Shown in pieces: positions 19,070-30,148 of a DNA stretch of 64,000 nucleotides (position 1 is the stretch's first letter; the number at the start of each line of letters is the position of its first letter). The notes under the pieces are model-generated. The model saw nothing but the letters and a program-made list of their open reading frames with translations, was not told the DNA's origin and did not search any database. Position numbers and translations under genes: made by a program. The DNA comes from Longimicrobiales bacterium (GTDB taxonomy: Bacteria; Gemmatimonadota; Gemmatimonadetes; Longimicrobiales; Gaopeijiaceae), in the NCBI GenBank assembly GCA_965197725.1, contig CBDANQ010000029.1, forward strand, positions 1-64,000, written 5' to 3'.

Positions 19070-20582
19070 GTCGGTCTTCCAATCGAAGCTTCTGTCGGCG
19101 AGAGAGCGCCTCGAATCCGAGCAGAGCCAGCATGGAGATCGCGACGCTAGCGCCGACCAGCACCCAGATCGTGCTCCGGCCAGACGGCGATTCGAGCAGC
19201 GTGTAGACCGCGAGCGCGATCGTCCGTGTGGACCCCTCAACGTTCCCGGCCAAGACCACCGTTGCGCCGAACTCGCCCAAGGCGCGAGCGAACGCCAGCA
19301 CGGCACCGGCCGCGATGCCCGGGAGCGCGAGCGGCAAGGAGACCCGAAAGAAGGTCCGACGTGGGGGAGTGCCCAGCGTCCACGACAGCTCCTCGAACAT
19401 CGGATCCACGGCCTCGAAGGCGCCGCGAATCGAAATCACGTACAGAGGCAGCCCCACCACGAACGCGGCAATCGCGGCGCCCAAGATCGTGAAGGGAACC
19501 GGCAGCCCCAGAGACGCGAGCCGGCTTCCCAGGGGCGTTCCCCCGCCGAGCACACTGAGGAGGAGAAAGCCGGTTACAACCGGCGGCATGACCAGCGGTG
19601 CCATGACCAGCGTGGAGAGCAGAGCCTTGCCTGGGAACTCCCGGCGGGCCAGCAGCCACCCGAGGCCGACGGCGGGAACCAACCCGGCCAGCGTTGCCAG
19701 CAACGCGACCATGAGCGAGAGCCGGATCGCGGATGCCACTGCCGGCGCCTGGATCACGCCAGCTGGAGCAACCTGCGCCGCTGAAGGCCCCGCTTCTGCG
19801 AATCCCGAAGCTCCGACAATGGCTTGGCCCTCCTCGCCGACCACGAAGCGCAGGAACGAGTCCGTCGATTCCGGAGCGTCCGAAGCGCTCAACGGGGCAG
19901 CCCAATACAGGACCGGTGGGTGGCTACTCGCCTCAAACGCGAACGCCACTCGCACGCCCGGCTCGGCGGCCGCGTCCGTCCGGTACACAATGCCGACGGG
20001 CACCTCCCCCCGGGCTACCCACTCCAGGGCCCCGCGCACCGAGCCGCCACGCACCACCTTGTCCGCCACCTCGGCCCACACACCCGTCGCTTCAAGCGCG
20101 GCGCGTGCGTAGCGGCCTGCGGGCACGTTCTCCCCCGCAAGCGCGATGCGGGGGAAGCGCGCGAGGTCAACGGGCGAGGCGAGTGGACTCGCGTCAGCCG
20201 GCACGACCACCACGAGCTCGTTGCCCGCGATTGCCATTTCCGTGCCTTCGCGCACGATCGCGCGCTCCTCGAGCCAGTCCATCCATTCGAGGTCGGCCGC
20301 GAAGAACGCATCCGCGGAGGAGCTCTGCAACGCCTGCACCGCGAGTCGCGAGGTGGCATCGAATGAGAACCGCACTTCGGCACCCCCCGCGCGCCGCCAC
20401 GCGTCGGCGAGCCGGGGAAGCACGTCCGCGAGCGAAGAGGCCGCCAGAACCAAGAGGGAAGAATCAGGTACAGCCCTCGCCGACCATACCGTCGGCTCGA
20501 GGCCAGCGCGCGCTGCTTCGCCAGCGACCGCCTCCGCCCGAAGGAACGGAAGAAGACAGAACGCCACGACCCACCCCGTCAC
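19059..20582 (-). CDS. modAB: Fused molybdate-binding protein ModA + permease ModB (start uncertain)
   Basis: AASSL, ENVPAGRYA, GIVYRTDA (ModA), then PLVMPPVVTG, FARALGEFGAT (ModB) in one frame. Confidence 0.85.
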   Translation of the reverse strand: MTGWVVAFCLLPFLRAEAVAGEAARAGLEPTVWSARAVPDSSLLVLAASSLADVLPRLADAWRRAGGAEVRFSFDATSRLAVQALQSSSADAFFAADLEWMDWLEERAIVREGTEMAIAGNELVVVVPADASPLASPVDLARFPRIALAGENVPAGRYARAALEATGVWAEVADKVVRGGSVRGALEWVARGEVPVGIVYRTDAAAEPGVRVAFAFEASSHPPVLYWAAPLSASDAPESTDSFLRFVVGEEGQAIVGASGFAEAGPSAAQVAPAGVIQAPAVASAIRLSLMVALLATLAGLVPAVGLGWLLARREFPGKALLSTLVMAPLVMPPVVTGFLLLSVLGGGTPLGSRLASLGLPVPFTILGAAIAAFVVGLPLYVISIRGAFEAVDPMFEELSWTLGTPPRRTFFRVSLPLALPGIAAGAVLAFARALGEFGATVVLAGNVEGSTRTIALAVYTLLESPSGRSTIWVLVGASVAISMLALLGFEALSRRQKLRLEDRHGY

Positions 20583-20734
20583 ACTGACGCGAGGGACGTA
20601 AAGGTCGCGGGTACAACAGCGCGGACGGGAGATTCGGGCAACGGCAGACACGGGCCGCCCACGGTACCCAACAGCACGACACCGCGGCAAGGTCCCCACT
20701 TGCTGGGCCCCCTGCTTCTTGCGTCCTTTCCGCC

Positions 20735-20917
20735 ATGACGCCGCCAAGCGAAGGCGCCTCCGTCGCCGAAAGCGTGATCGATGTGCGAAGCCCCGAGCTC
20801 GACTCGTTCGGGCACGTGAACCACGCGGCCTTCCTCACTTATGTGGAGCACGCGCGCTTCGAAGTGATGCAGCGGGCCGGGTTCTTGGGATGGAAACGGG
20901 ACACTGTGGAAGGGTGA
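20735..20917 (+). pseudogene. Acyl-CoA thioesterase (4HBT/YbgC) N-terminal fragment
   Basis: VRSPELDSFGHVNHAAFLTYVEHAR motif; only 60 aa against about 130 expected. Confidence 0.7.
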
Positions 20918-21672
20918 TCGTCGGGAACGACGTCGTCGACCTCACCGATCCAAGGGTGCTTGGGAAGGCATCAAACGCGCGTTTCCTGGAGCGGATCTTC
21001 GCCGACGAGGAGCGCGCCGCAATCGCCAGCGCTCCTGATCCGGACCTCGAACTGTGGCAACGGTGGGCCGCGAAAGAAACGGCGTACAAGGCGGTGTCCA
21101 AGCTAGGAGGAAGTCCCCCGACCTTCGCACATCGGGCGTTCGTCGTGTCGTGGTCTCAGCCGAGTGAGCGCGACGGCTCGCACGGGGTTCGGTCGGGCTC
21201 AGTCCGCTACGAGTCGACGATCATCGACATCGAGGCGGCTTGGGATCCACAGACGGTGCACGTGGTCGGCTGGGTTGGTGATACCACGCATTCACGGAAG
21301 GACGAGCAGCTCAACAGCCGACTGGCACGACTCGATGAGGCCGGGGCGGCTTGGTCCGGTCCGCGCACGGAGTTGGAGCGCAGGCTGACGCCCCGGGAGT
21401 TGGAGGCCGCGTATTCGCAGGCTTCGGTGGCCGTCCGGATCGCCGCGCGCGTCGCGATCGCTGATGCCCTCGCCGTCGATGAGCAGCGGCTCGAGATCGT
21501 TTGCGCACCCGGCAAGCCCGGCCGCCGGCCGCCGGCCGTATTAGTGGACGGAGAGCGGGGCATGGTCGACGTCTCCCTCTCGCATGACGGCGACTGGATC
21601 GCCTGGGCGTTCGTGGTGCAGCCGGGACGCAGCACGCCGGTACCCGTTAGCGGTCGTTCGGCCGGTAGTTGA
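20914..21672 (+). CDS. 4'-phosphopantetheinyl transferase
   Basis: VGNDVVD, WAAKETAYKA, VSLSHDG motifs. Confidence 0.85.
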   Translation: MIVGNDVVDLTDPRVLGKASNARFLERIFADEERAAIASAPDPDLELWQRWAAKETAYKAVSKLGGSPPTFAHRAFVVSWSQPSERDGSHGVRSGSVRYESTIIDIEAAWDPQTVHVVGWVGDTTHSRKDEQLNSRLARLDEAGAAWSGPRTELERRLTPRELEAAYSQASVAVRIAARVAIADALAVDEQRLEIVCAPGKPGRRPPAVLVDGERGMVDVSLSHDGDWIAWAFVVQPGRSTPVPVSGRSAGS

Positions 21673-22215
21673 AGAGGAAGGAGAGTCCGAAGCGCTGGTA
21701 GTAGGCGTTTCCGATGTCGGTCTCAGCGCGGGTCCACCCGAGTCGTACACCGCCATCCAGATTGCTTCGAATCGAGCGCACCAGCTCGGCGTACGCGATC
21801 GAGGCATTGTCGGCCTCCTCACCCGGAACCAAGCGCGCGAAGTCGGTCTCGTTCACGTAGCTCTTGGTCGTGAGCAGAGCCAACACGCTGAGCGTCAGCT
21901 GCCCGGGAAGGGGCGCGGTCAACGCAGCCGACACGCTGAGCGCATCGTACTCCGGCCGGTTCGAGTTCGAGCGGTTGAGCGTGCCTTCGAGCCCCACCTG
22001 GACGAACAGCTCGCCCACATGGGTCCAGCCGAGTCCCGCGCGCACCGTGCGATCGCGCCGGAAGGGATCGTCCGCATCGAAGCTCCCCTGGTGCTCGTAC
22101 TCGCTCCAGCGGACGCCACCGAAGAAGCGAATCATCGAGGGTTCACGACCCCACCGCGCTCCCAGCTCCAAACCGGCCGCGCGGCGATCGAGCAGGTCGA
22201 GCTGGGGCACGAACG
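21647..22215 (-). pseudogene. C-terminal part of an outer-membrane beta-barrel-like protein
   Basis: Alternating amphipathic strands ending YQRFGLSFLFNYRP; no own N-terminus. Confidence 0.45.
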
Positions 22216-22416
22216 AACGAGGCCTCGGTAGGAGATCCGCTCGTACACGCTCCACGCCCCGGAGGACTGCCACTCGAGCCGTTGGAAGAGCGTCCCGGCT
22301 CCTAAGCGCAGCGGCGTTTCCAGCTGGATCGTGACACCACCCGAGAGGCCGAACCTCAGCGTCTCGGGACCGGTCCCATTGTCGTCTCCACACGCGGCCC
22401 CGAACACTGCTATCAT
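22216..22416 (-). pseudogene. N-terminal part of a lipoprotein
   Basis: MIAVFGAAC-GDDNGTGPE lipobox; coding sense is lost at about 22216. Confidence 0.45.
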
Positions 22417-22503
22417 GAGTGCGCAGGCGCGGCCGACGCCGAATCGCAGTATACGATTCGGTTTGGTTGGGACCCTGAACAGAGTTAGAGCAGAGTGGCG
22501 CCG

Positions 22504-23064
22504 ATGAATCATCGTAATCGCTTGAAGCAGCTTCTCGTAGAACGGTCCGTGAGACTCGGGGATTTTACTCTCGCTAGCGGGGCACGTTCGAACTACTACA
22601 TCGATGCACGCCCCACAACGATGAGTGCCGAAGGCCAGGTTCTCGTCGGCCACGTGGCCCTCGAGTTGATTCTGAACAGCGGCCTGGAGCCGACGCACGT
22701 CGGGGGACTCACCATGGGCGCCGATCCCATAGCCTACTCGATCGCCCACAGAAGTGCCCTCGACGGCTGTCGGATCGACGGCTTTTCCGTCCGAAAGAAA
22801 GCGAAGGAGCACGGCACGGGCCAGCGCGTCGAGGGCGGATTGCACGCCGCTTCGCGTTGCCTGATAGTCGAAGACTCGATGACGACGGGAAAAAGTACGC
22901 TTCAGGCGGTACGAGCGGTCCAGGAGCACGCCGCCACGGTCGTCGGGGTCATGACACTGGTGGATCGCTCTGAAGACGCGACTGGCCTGTTCGCCGCAGA
23001 AGGGCTTCCCCTGCTGTCGATCTTCACAGGCGAAGAGATTCTGGAGGCAGCGCGAGCACTCTAA
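22504..23064 (+). CDS. pyrE: Orotate phosphoribosyltransferase
   Basis: GDFTLASGARSNYYID, GGLTMGADP, RKKAKEHG, VEDSMTTG. Confidence 0.95.
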   Translation: MNHRNRLKQLLVERSVRLGDFTLASGARSNYYIDARPTTMSAEGQVLVGHVALELILNSGLEPTHVGGLTMGADPIAYSIAHRSALDGCRIDGFSVRKKAKEHGTGQRVEGGLHAASRCLIVEDSMTTGKSTLQAVRAVQEHAATVVGVMTLVDRSEDATGLFAAEGLPLLSIFTGEEILEAARAL

Positions 23065-23091
23065 TGAGTCGGCGCGTCGGAAGCGCTCCGC

Positions 23092-24198
23092 TCAGTCCAG
23101 TAAACGCAGTGGCATCACCAAACAGAGGTAGTCGATGTCATCATCGCCGGCCGGCACGATCGTAGCCGCCCGTTCAGGCGCCTTGAACGCGACATCGACC
23201 TCGTCTGTCGGCATATAACGCAAAACCTCCAGGAGGTAATTCGCGTTAAAGCCGATCTCCAGCTCCTCGCCTTCGTAGCCGATCTCCAATTCATCGTGCC
23301 CCTCACCAAGGTCAGGCGTGAGCACATTCAGGTGCACCCAACCGGGCTCGAACTTCAGCCGGATCCGATGCGTCTGGTCAGACGCTACGACCGCCATCCT
23401 GCGGACCGCGGACTCTAACGCCTTCTTATCGATAGTCGCGATCTTGTCGTTGTCTCGCGGGATTACCTGATCGTAGTCCGGATACGTGCCTTCGATAAGG
23501 CGCGCATACACTTCGGTGGAGTCGGCTCGGAATCCGAGATGATTCCCGCTACGCGCAACCTCGAGGGTATCATCATCCTTGAAGAGTCGTTGCACCTGTT
23601 GAAGTGCATTCGGCGGCACAATCAAGTCCGCCGACGGGGTGCCACTCGACTGTGCTGGCACACCCATCCGAGCGAGGCGATGTCCGTTGGTTGCCACCAT
23701 GCACATCGCTCCGTCACGTAACTCCCACAGCACACCGTTCAGGATTGGACGGCTCTCTTCCGTGGACACCGCGAACGCAGTGTGGTGGATGAGTCCGTTC
23801 ACGTCCTTACCCATCACGCTCCACCCTTCGCTGAAGTCGACCTCCACAAGGCTTGGAAACTCGTCGGCGGGTAAGCCGTTCAACTTGAAGTGGCTCCTTC
23901 CACACTTCAGTTCGATCTGCTCACCGTGGGTCGCCACCTCAACCGGCTGCTCGGGAAGGTCACGCGTGATCTCCTGCAGCTTCTTCCCCGGCGCAGTCAG
24001 GCGACCCGGTTCTTTGACGTCGGCCGGAACCTTCACGCGCACGGCAACGTCCAAGTCGGTTCCACTAATCCAGACACCATCTTCTTTCGCTTCAAAGAGG
24101 ATGTTGGAGAGAACCGGGAGCGTAGTTTTAGACGGGATGCTCGCCGAGACGGCGGCGAGACCGTTGTGAAAGTTCTGCCTGGTGATCGTGAAGTTCAT
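23092..24198 (-). CDS. dnaN: DNA polymerase III beta clamp
   Basis: LPVLSN, TDLD, SRPILNGV, VATNGHRL, IGFNANYL, VMPLR. Confidence 0.97.
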   Translation of the reverse strand: MNFTITRQNFHNGLAAVSASIPSKTTLPVLSNILFEAKEDGVWISGTDLDVAVRVKVPADVKEPGRLTAPGKKLQEITRDLPEQPVEVATHGEQIELKCGRSHFKLNGLPADEFPSLVEVDFSEGWSVMGKDVNGLIHHTAFAVSTEESRPILNGVLWELRDGAMCMVATNGHRLARMGVPAQSSGTPSADLIVPPNALQQVQRLFKDDDTLEVARSGNHLGFRADSTEVYARLIEGTYPDYDQVIPRDNDKIATIDKKALESAVRRMAVVASDQTHRIRLKFEPGWVHLNVLTPDLGEGHDELEIGYEGEELEIGFNANYLLEVLRYMPTDEVDVAFKAPERAATIVPAGDDDIDYLCLVMPLRLLD

Positions 24199-24532
24199 CG
24201 AGCGGTAGCTCCTCGTAAGCCCAGGATTATGCCGTTTTCAACGGAGCTAGATACTATCTCTCTTTTCATTAGAAAAATATAGTAGTAGTAGGACCTGTGG
24301 ATGTGTGGATTGGGACTGTGTGCACGTCACGGTAATCCTTCGTCTGCCACGACTTCAAGCCCGTTGGAGCAGTGTTGAATCTCTGTTTACTTCTTCACTG
24401 TTTGCCACGAGCCGTGACCTGGATCAAGGAGCGATGTGGGAAACAACCGGGCTTTCCCCCGTTGTATCCAGACAACCTGCGCGTGTATCCAGACAACCTG
24501 CGCGTGGGCGGACCGTACTCGTGGTACGGACG
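24199..24532. other. Chromosomal replication origin (oriC)
   Basis: dnaA-dnaN intergenic; AT-rich tract 24251-24279, four TAG DnaA-trios 24280-24291, overlapping DnaA boxes TGTGGATGT/TGTGGATTG 24296-24312, further degenerate boxes. Confidence 0.85.
24463..24506. repeat. Perfect 21-bp tandem duplication within oriC
   Basis: TGTATCCAGACAACCTGCGCG x2, each copy carrying DnaA-box-like GTATCCAGA. Confidence 0.9.
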
Positions 24533-25917
24533 CTATTCCGTGCTCCTGCATTCCGCCCGGACAGCATCGACCTGCTCCCGAAAGATGGGATCGCGCTCCA
24601 TCTGGTCTTCGACCTTCCGGATCGAGTGAATCACGGTCGAGTGATCCCGACCTCCGAAGAGCTCGCCGATCCGCACGAGCGACGTGTCGAGAGTCTCCTT
24701 GATGAGATACATCGCGACCTGCCGCGGTACCGTCAGGTCCTTGGTACGGCGCTTCGAGGCGAGTGCCTCCGCGCGGACCCGCCAGCGTAGCGCTACAGTC
24801 TCACGAATGCGCTCGGGAGACAGGACGGGTCCCTCCTCGCGGTGGCGATCCAGCACACCGTGAAGTGCTGTGCGTGCCAACTGCGGCGTGATCTCTCGAC
24901 GAGCGAGAGAGGATAACGCAAGCAGCTTAATCACTGCGCCTTCGAGTTCACGGACCGAGGAGGTGCAGGAGGTGCGCGATCATGTCGATGACCTCATCGT
25001 CGATCGACAAGCCGTCGTCGGCTGCCTTCTTCCGGAGGATAGCCATGCGCGTTTCGTAGTCGGGCGGCTTTACATCGGCCACGAGGCCCCACTCAAAGCG
25101 GGACACCAGACGACTCTCGAGACCAGGAAGGTCCTTCGGGGGTCGGTCACTCGTCAGAATGATCTGTCGCTGCGCGTCGTAGAGCGCGTTGAACGTGTGA
25201 AAGAACTCCTCCTGGGTCCGCTCCTTTCCCGCTAGGAAGTGCAACGTCGTCGACCAGGAGCAGATCCATCACCCGGTACCGTCTACGAAAAGTGGCCATC
25301 GCCCCCTGCTGGATCGACGTGACCAGCTCGTTGGTGAACTGCTCGGACGAGAGGTAGCAGATCCTGCGTGTCGGATCGCTTGCCAAGACTTGGTGCCCGA
25401 TAGCGTGCATCAGGTGTGTCTTACCGAGGCCAACCCCGCCGTAGAGAAAGAGCGGGTTATACATCTTGGCGGGCTTCTCGGCGACCGCCCGCGATGCCGC
25501 TGCGGCAAGTTGGTTGTCCACACCGACGACGAAGCGCTCGAAGGTGTAGCGCTCGTTCAGCACCGGCCGGGGCGCGCGCGGGGCGCTGGAAGCCACGGGA
25601 GTGGCCCCGACAGCGGCGGGCGAAGGCGTGGTCAGCTCGATGGACGGTATCGGAATCGGGGACGGCTCGGCGCTACACGAGGCCGTGATCTTCACCGGAC
25701 GTCCAAGGATGCGCTCCGCGGCCCCAGCGAGCACCGGACCGAACTTGTCCTCGAGCCACTCGACGTGAAAGCGGGAGGGTACCTCGACCTGGAGTTCGTC
25801 GGACGTTAGCGCGACGGCCTTGGCGGCCGCGACCCAGGTGAGATAGGCGTGCTCTGGCATGGAAGCGCGGGCGCTCTGGCGGATACGGGCCCAAAGCTCG
25901 GCCGCGGTCAGCTCCAT
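24533..25917 (-). CDS. dnaA: Replication initiator DnaA, two apparent single-base frameshifts
   Basis: [53 protein letters not shown] spread over three frames; shifts near 25244 and 24970. Confidence 0.95.
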
Positions 25918-26223
25918 TCCACCTCTCGTGTGCTGCGCCTCTCTTCGGTCAGGGCGGCCGAATGTGCTGAGGGGCGAGCGGCACCTACGGGCATGTGTGG
26001 AGGTTGCACGTGCTGAAAACGTGGTGCTTGTGAGTGGTTTTCCCGTAGCAGGGCCGCCGAAGCTACCAAGCGTGCGTGGGAAAGTCAAACCGGCAGTCAG
26101 GACGGGCGTTTTGGACGATTTCGTTCTCTACGGTGGGGAGGCCGTTGACGTGTTCTGACACCCTCGGCTATCTTTCCAGGCTTCTTTCTGAACGTACGAA
26201 AACGATGGGCTGGATTAATCGTC

Positions 26224-26373
26224 ATGATGCCGACGTACAGACCCCGGAACCGCAAGCGCGTGAACAAGCACGGGTTCCGGGAGCGCATGAGCACGAAGGG
26301 TGGTCGCAAGGTATTGAACCGTCGTCGGAGGCGAGGTCGGACCCGTCTGGTGGTCACGATCGGTCGGAAGTAG
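26224..26373 (+). CDS. rpmH: 50S ribosomal protein L34 (not in ORF track)
   Basis: [42 protein letters not shown]. Confidence 0.97.
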   Translation: MMPTYRPRNRKRVNKHGFRERMSTKGGRKVLNRRRRRGRTRLVVTIGRK

Positions 26374-26753
26374 CCGCGGTTTCGCAGGAGCGGGGAGAGC
26401 ACCTGCCGCGGAGCGCGCGCATTCGGCACAGCACGGACATCCGCGCGCTATTGGAGCGGGGGAAGCGGAAGAGGACGACGAACGTTGACGTCTTCTTCGC
26501 GCCTTCCCCCGCTTCGCGTTCGCGCCTCGGACTCATTGTGCCGAAACATGCGCGGGAGATCGTGGAGCGAAACAGATTGAAGAGAAGGCTGCGTGAAATC
26601 GGTAGAAGGGAAGTCCTCCCGGAACTGGACGCCGGTGGCAGAGGTGGGGACCTGTTGATCCGAGCGCGCAGGGCAGCGTACGACGCGGAGTTCGGGCGAC
26701 TGCGGTTCGATGTCCATGAGGCGGTGGAGGCGCTGTGCTCAGACGAATCCTAA
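26370..26753 (+). CDS. rnpA: RNase P protein component (start uncertain)
   Basis: RLGLIVPK...[12 protein letters not shown] motif; canonical position after rpmH. Confidence 0.9.
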   Translation, partial: VAAVSQERGEHLPRSARIRHSTDIRALLERGKRKRTTNVDVFFAPSPASRSRLGLIVPKHAREIVERNRLKRRLREIGRREVLPELDAGGRGGDLLIRARRAAYDAEFGRLRFDVHEAVEALCSDES

Positions 26754-26971
26754 TCGGTGTGATCCACGTCTATCAAAAGGGGATCTCACCGTGGACGCCG
26801 GCTACGTGCCGCTTCACGCCGACGTGCTCCGCGTACGCGATCGAGGCCATGGGCACGCACGGTGTGGCCCGCGGAGGATGGCTGACCGTGAAGCGGGTGG
26901 CCCGCTGTCATCCGTGGGGTGGCTTCGGGTTGGATCCGGTACCGCCTCGCATGAATAGACAAACTAGATGA
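26735..26971 (+). CDS. yidD: Membrane protein insertion efficiency factor
   Basis: [32 protein letters not shown]. Confidence 0.95.
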   Translation: MLRRILIGVIHVYQKGISPWTPATCRFTPTCSAYAIEAMGTHGVARGGWLTVKRVARCHPWGGFGLDPVPPRMNRQTR

Positions 26972-28734
26972 AGACCGAAGTCCGCTTTCTGCTGGCCATA
27001 TTCTTGATGCTGGGTGTGCTGGTCGGCACCAACCTTCTGTTCCCCCCGGTGGTCCCGGAAGAAGCGCTGTTGCCTGGCAGTCTCGGCGGCACGCCTTCGG
27101 CCGCTGCAGTGGGAGCAGCGGCATCGGCCGCGGATCCCTCAGCCACTCCGGATGGCACCTCGGCAGCCGAGGTGCCCGAGATCCCGACTTCTAGCGCCAC
27201 GGAGATTCCCAGCGCGGGCGACGCCGTGACTGTGGAGCCCGCGACCGATCCGACCGCCGTGTCCGAGCGCAGGATCGCGGTCGAGGGGCCGCTCTACCGC
27301 TACGAGTTTTCGAACTACGGCGCGCGTGTAATGTCTGCTCGGATGTCGGGGTTCAAAGCGCTCAACAGAGAGGGGATCGTCGACCTCGTGAAGGCCGCGT
27401 CGAGCGGGTATATGGGCCAGAAGCTGGTTGTAGGCTCGGACACCGTGAACCTCAGCCGTGCGCCGTTCACGGTGGAGCCGGCGGACGGTCTGACGATGGG
27501 TGCCGGCTCCGGCGCGCGTACGCTGCGTTTCGTCTACGAGCATCCGACCAGTCCCTTCGCTTTCGTCCTCGAGTACGAATTCAACCCGGACGAATACACG
27601 CTTGGGGTGAGAGGGAGCGTGGAGGGGGACCTCGAGCGCCCGCTGTTGCTGACCGACCTGGGTGAGGGGCTCGCATACTCCGAGGCCGACTCCGTGGGCG
27701 AGTCCCGCACAATGGCGTACGTGACCAACCACGTGCAGGAGGGCATCGAATCGACGCTCTTGGGCAAAGCCGAGCCGACCATCGTGGAGGGTCCACTGCT
27801 GTGGGCAGCGTTCCGCAGCAAGTTCTTCGTCATGGCGTTGCTTGCGGGTGAGAACGACGAAGGCGCGACCGAGTCACGCTACCTCGGCGGATTGCTCGTG
27901 CAACCGACCGATGCCGTGGGAGTCGTCCGTGTCGCCTCAGCCCAGCCGCTGACGAACGACGGAAGCTTCGCCTATCGGCTCTTCGTGGGTCCGCAGCAGT
28001 ACGCACTGCTCAGTTCTCTTGGGCAGGGCATGGAGGAGGTGAACCCGTACGGGTGGAAGTTCTTCCAGCCGATCGTGCGACCGATCGTGTCTGTGATCAT
28101 GACCATTTTCGTCTACCTGCACACGAAGCTATCCGTCGGTTACGGATGGGTGCTGATCATCTTCGGTGTCATGATGCGGGTCGTGCTCTTTCCGCTGAAC
28201 CACAAGGCGATGAAGGCGCAGCTCCGCAACATGGCCGTTCAGCCGTTGCTCCAGGAAATCCAGAAGAAGTACAAGGACCAACCGGAGAAGCTGCAGAAGG
28301 AGATGATGCGGCTCTACAAGGAGCAGGGCTTCAACCCGTTGGCCGGCTGCTTGCCGATGCTGATTCCGTGGCCCGTGCTCATCGCGCTCTTCTTCGTCTT
28401 CCAGAACACGATCGAACTGCGGGGCGAGGCGTTCCTGTGGCTGCCCGACCTGTCCGCCCCGGATCCGCTCTACCTGCTGCCGGTGTTCATGGGGCTGTCG
28501 ATGTTCCTCATGCAGTATGTGAGCTACAAGTCGCTCGACACGCCGAACCCACAGATGAAGATGATGATGTACCTCATGCCGATCATGATGGTGTTCATCT
28601 TCTTCAGGCTTGCGAGCGGCCTGAACCTCTACTACTCGGTCGCGAACGTCGCGACGATCCCCCAGCAGGTTTGGATCGCGCGCGAGCGGGTGAAGATGAA
28701 AGGGAAGCCTCCTCCGAAGATGAAGAGCGACTAG
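26968..28734 (+). CDS. yidC: Membrane protein insertase
   Basis: [37 protein letters not shown]. Confidence 0.95.
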   Translation: MKTEVRFLLAIFLMLGVLVGTNLLFPPVVPEEALLPGSLGGTPSAAAVGAAASAADPSATPDGTSAAEVPEIPTSSATEIPSAGDAVTVEPATDPTAVSERRIAVEGPLYRYEFSNYGARVMSARMSGFKALNREGIVDLVKAASSGYMGQKLVVGSDTVNLSRAPFTVEPADGLTMGAGSGARTLRFVYEHPTSPFAFVLEYEFNPDEYTLGVRGSVEGDLERPLLLTDLGEGLAYSEADSVGESRTMAYVTNHVQEGIESTLLGKAEPTIVEGPLLWAAFRSKFFVMALLAGENDEGATESRYLGGLLVQPTDAVGVVRVASAQPLTNDGSFAYRLFVGPQQYALLSSLGQGMEEVNPYGWKFFQPIVRPIVSVIMTIFVYLHTKLSVGYGWVLIIFGVMMRVVLFPLNHKAMKAQLRNMAVQPLLQEIQKKYKDQPEKLQKEMMRLYKEQGFNPLAGCLPMLIPWPVLIALFFVFQNTIELRGEAFLWLPDLSAPDPLYLLPVFMGLSMFLMQYVSYKSLDTPNPQMKMMMYLMPIMMVFIFFRLASGLNLYYSVANVATIPQQVWIARERVKMKGKPPPKMKSD

Positions 28735-28777
28735 GCTGAGCAGCGCTCGCTGCGCTCTCTTCCGGCCCCGAATCGAA

Positions 28778-30148
28778 ATGACCTTGGACGTCGACACAAT
28801 CGCTGCCGTGTCGACCGCACCTGGCCTCGGTGCGATCGCCGTGGTTCGAGTGTCGGGACCGGAAGCTTCCTCAGTCGCTTTGCGACTCCTCCCTGGGCTC
28901 GAGGTGATGCCGGATCCACGGTATGCGACGCTCGCGGAGATTCGGGACCCGGACGATGAGTCGGTGATCGACCGGGCGGTCGTCACCTACTTCGCCGCTC
29001 CTGAGAGCTACACCGGCGAGGACGTTGTGGAGTTCTCGTGCCACGGCGGGTGGCTGATTCCGCGATTGGCGTTGGATGCATGTCTGCGCGCGGGCGCGCG
29101 CGCCGCTGAGCGCGGTGAGTTCACGAGACGTGCGTATCTCAGAGGGAAGCTGGACCTCGTGCAAGCCGAGGCGGTCTCGGATCTGATTGAGACGCGCAGT
29201 CGCGCGCTCCACGTTGCTGCGCTCGGGCAGTTGGAGCGGGGGCTGTCGGGCCGAATCTCGGAGCTTCGGCAGCGGATTGTTCGCCTCGAAGCGCTCCTGG
29301 TCCACCACATCGATTTTCCGGAGGAAGACGACGCGCCGGTACCTGTGGACGAGATCGTCGCGGAAGCCGCAGACGTCGCTCAACGGATCGACCGGCTACT
29401 CGCGACGGCGCCAGAAGGGGAACTGCTCCGTGAAGGTGCATTGGCCGTGCTCGCCGGCCGGCCAAATGCCGGCAAGTCGTCCCTCTACAATGCGCTGCTC
29501 GGACAGGAGCGGGCGATCGTGACCGAGGAGCCTGGCACGACCCGGGATGCGTTGGAAGCGGTGGTGCAAGTCGGAGGGTTTCCGTTCCGTTTGGTAGACA
29601 CCGCCGGCTTGCGAGAGACCGACCGTCGCGTCGAGCAACTCGGGATCGATGTGGCCAAGCGGTACCTGAAAGACGCCGATGTCGTCCTTCTATGCGTGCC
29701 AGCCGACGAAAAGATTTCTGAATGGGACCGATCCTTCCTCGAGGAGATCGAGGCGCCGGTGCTGGTGCTGCGGACGAAATCGGACTTCCGGGAGGGCTCC
29801 CGTGAGGGAGAGCCGCCCGCACACGCGGTCGGAGTGATCGATGCCTCGGTGCAGTCGGGCGACGGGCTCGAGGAACTGCGCAGTGCTCTTCCAGCGCTCG
29901 CGTACTCGGCGTTGCTCCGCGTGGGCGCTGAGGTTCCTGTAATCACGAGGCGGCGACACGCGCTCGCGCTCGAGACCGCGCGCGCCGAGGTCGACCTTTT
30001 CCGGGAAGCGCTCGCGGAGGGGCTCCCCCCGGAGGTCGCGTCGACCCATCTTCGTCCTGCGGAGACCGCGCTCGAAGAAATACTTGGTGTGATCTCCGTG
30101 GAGGACGTGCTCGACGTGGTCTTCCGCGAGTTCTGTGTAGGTAAATGA
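28778..30148 (+). CDS. mnmE: tRNA modification GTPase
   Basis: DTIAA, SYTGEDVVE, GRPNAGKSSL, GTTRD, DTAG, FCVGK. Confidence 0.97.
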   Translation: MTLDVDTIAAVSTAPGLGAIAVVRVSGPEASSVALRLLPGLEVMPDPRYATLAEIRDPDDESVIDRAVVTYFAAPESYTGEDVVEFSCHGGWLIPRLALDACLRAGARAAERGEFTRRAYLRGKLDLVQAEAVSDLIETRSRALHVAALGQLERGLSGRISELRQRIVRLEALLVHHIDFPEEDDAPVPVDEIVAEAADVAQRIDRLLATAPEGELLREGALAVLAGRPNAGKSSLYNALLGQERAIVTEEPGTTRDALEAVVQVGGFPFRLVDTAGLRETDRRVEQLGIDVAKRYLKDADVVLLCVPADEKISEWDRSFLEEIEAPVLVLRTKSDFREGSREGEPPAHAVGVIDASVQSGDGLEELRSALPALAYSALLRVGAEVPVITRRRHALALETARAEVDLFREALAEGLPPEVASTHLRPAETALEEILGVISVEDVLDVVFREFCVGK

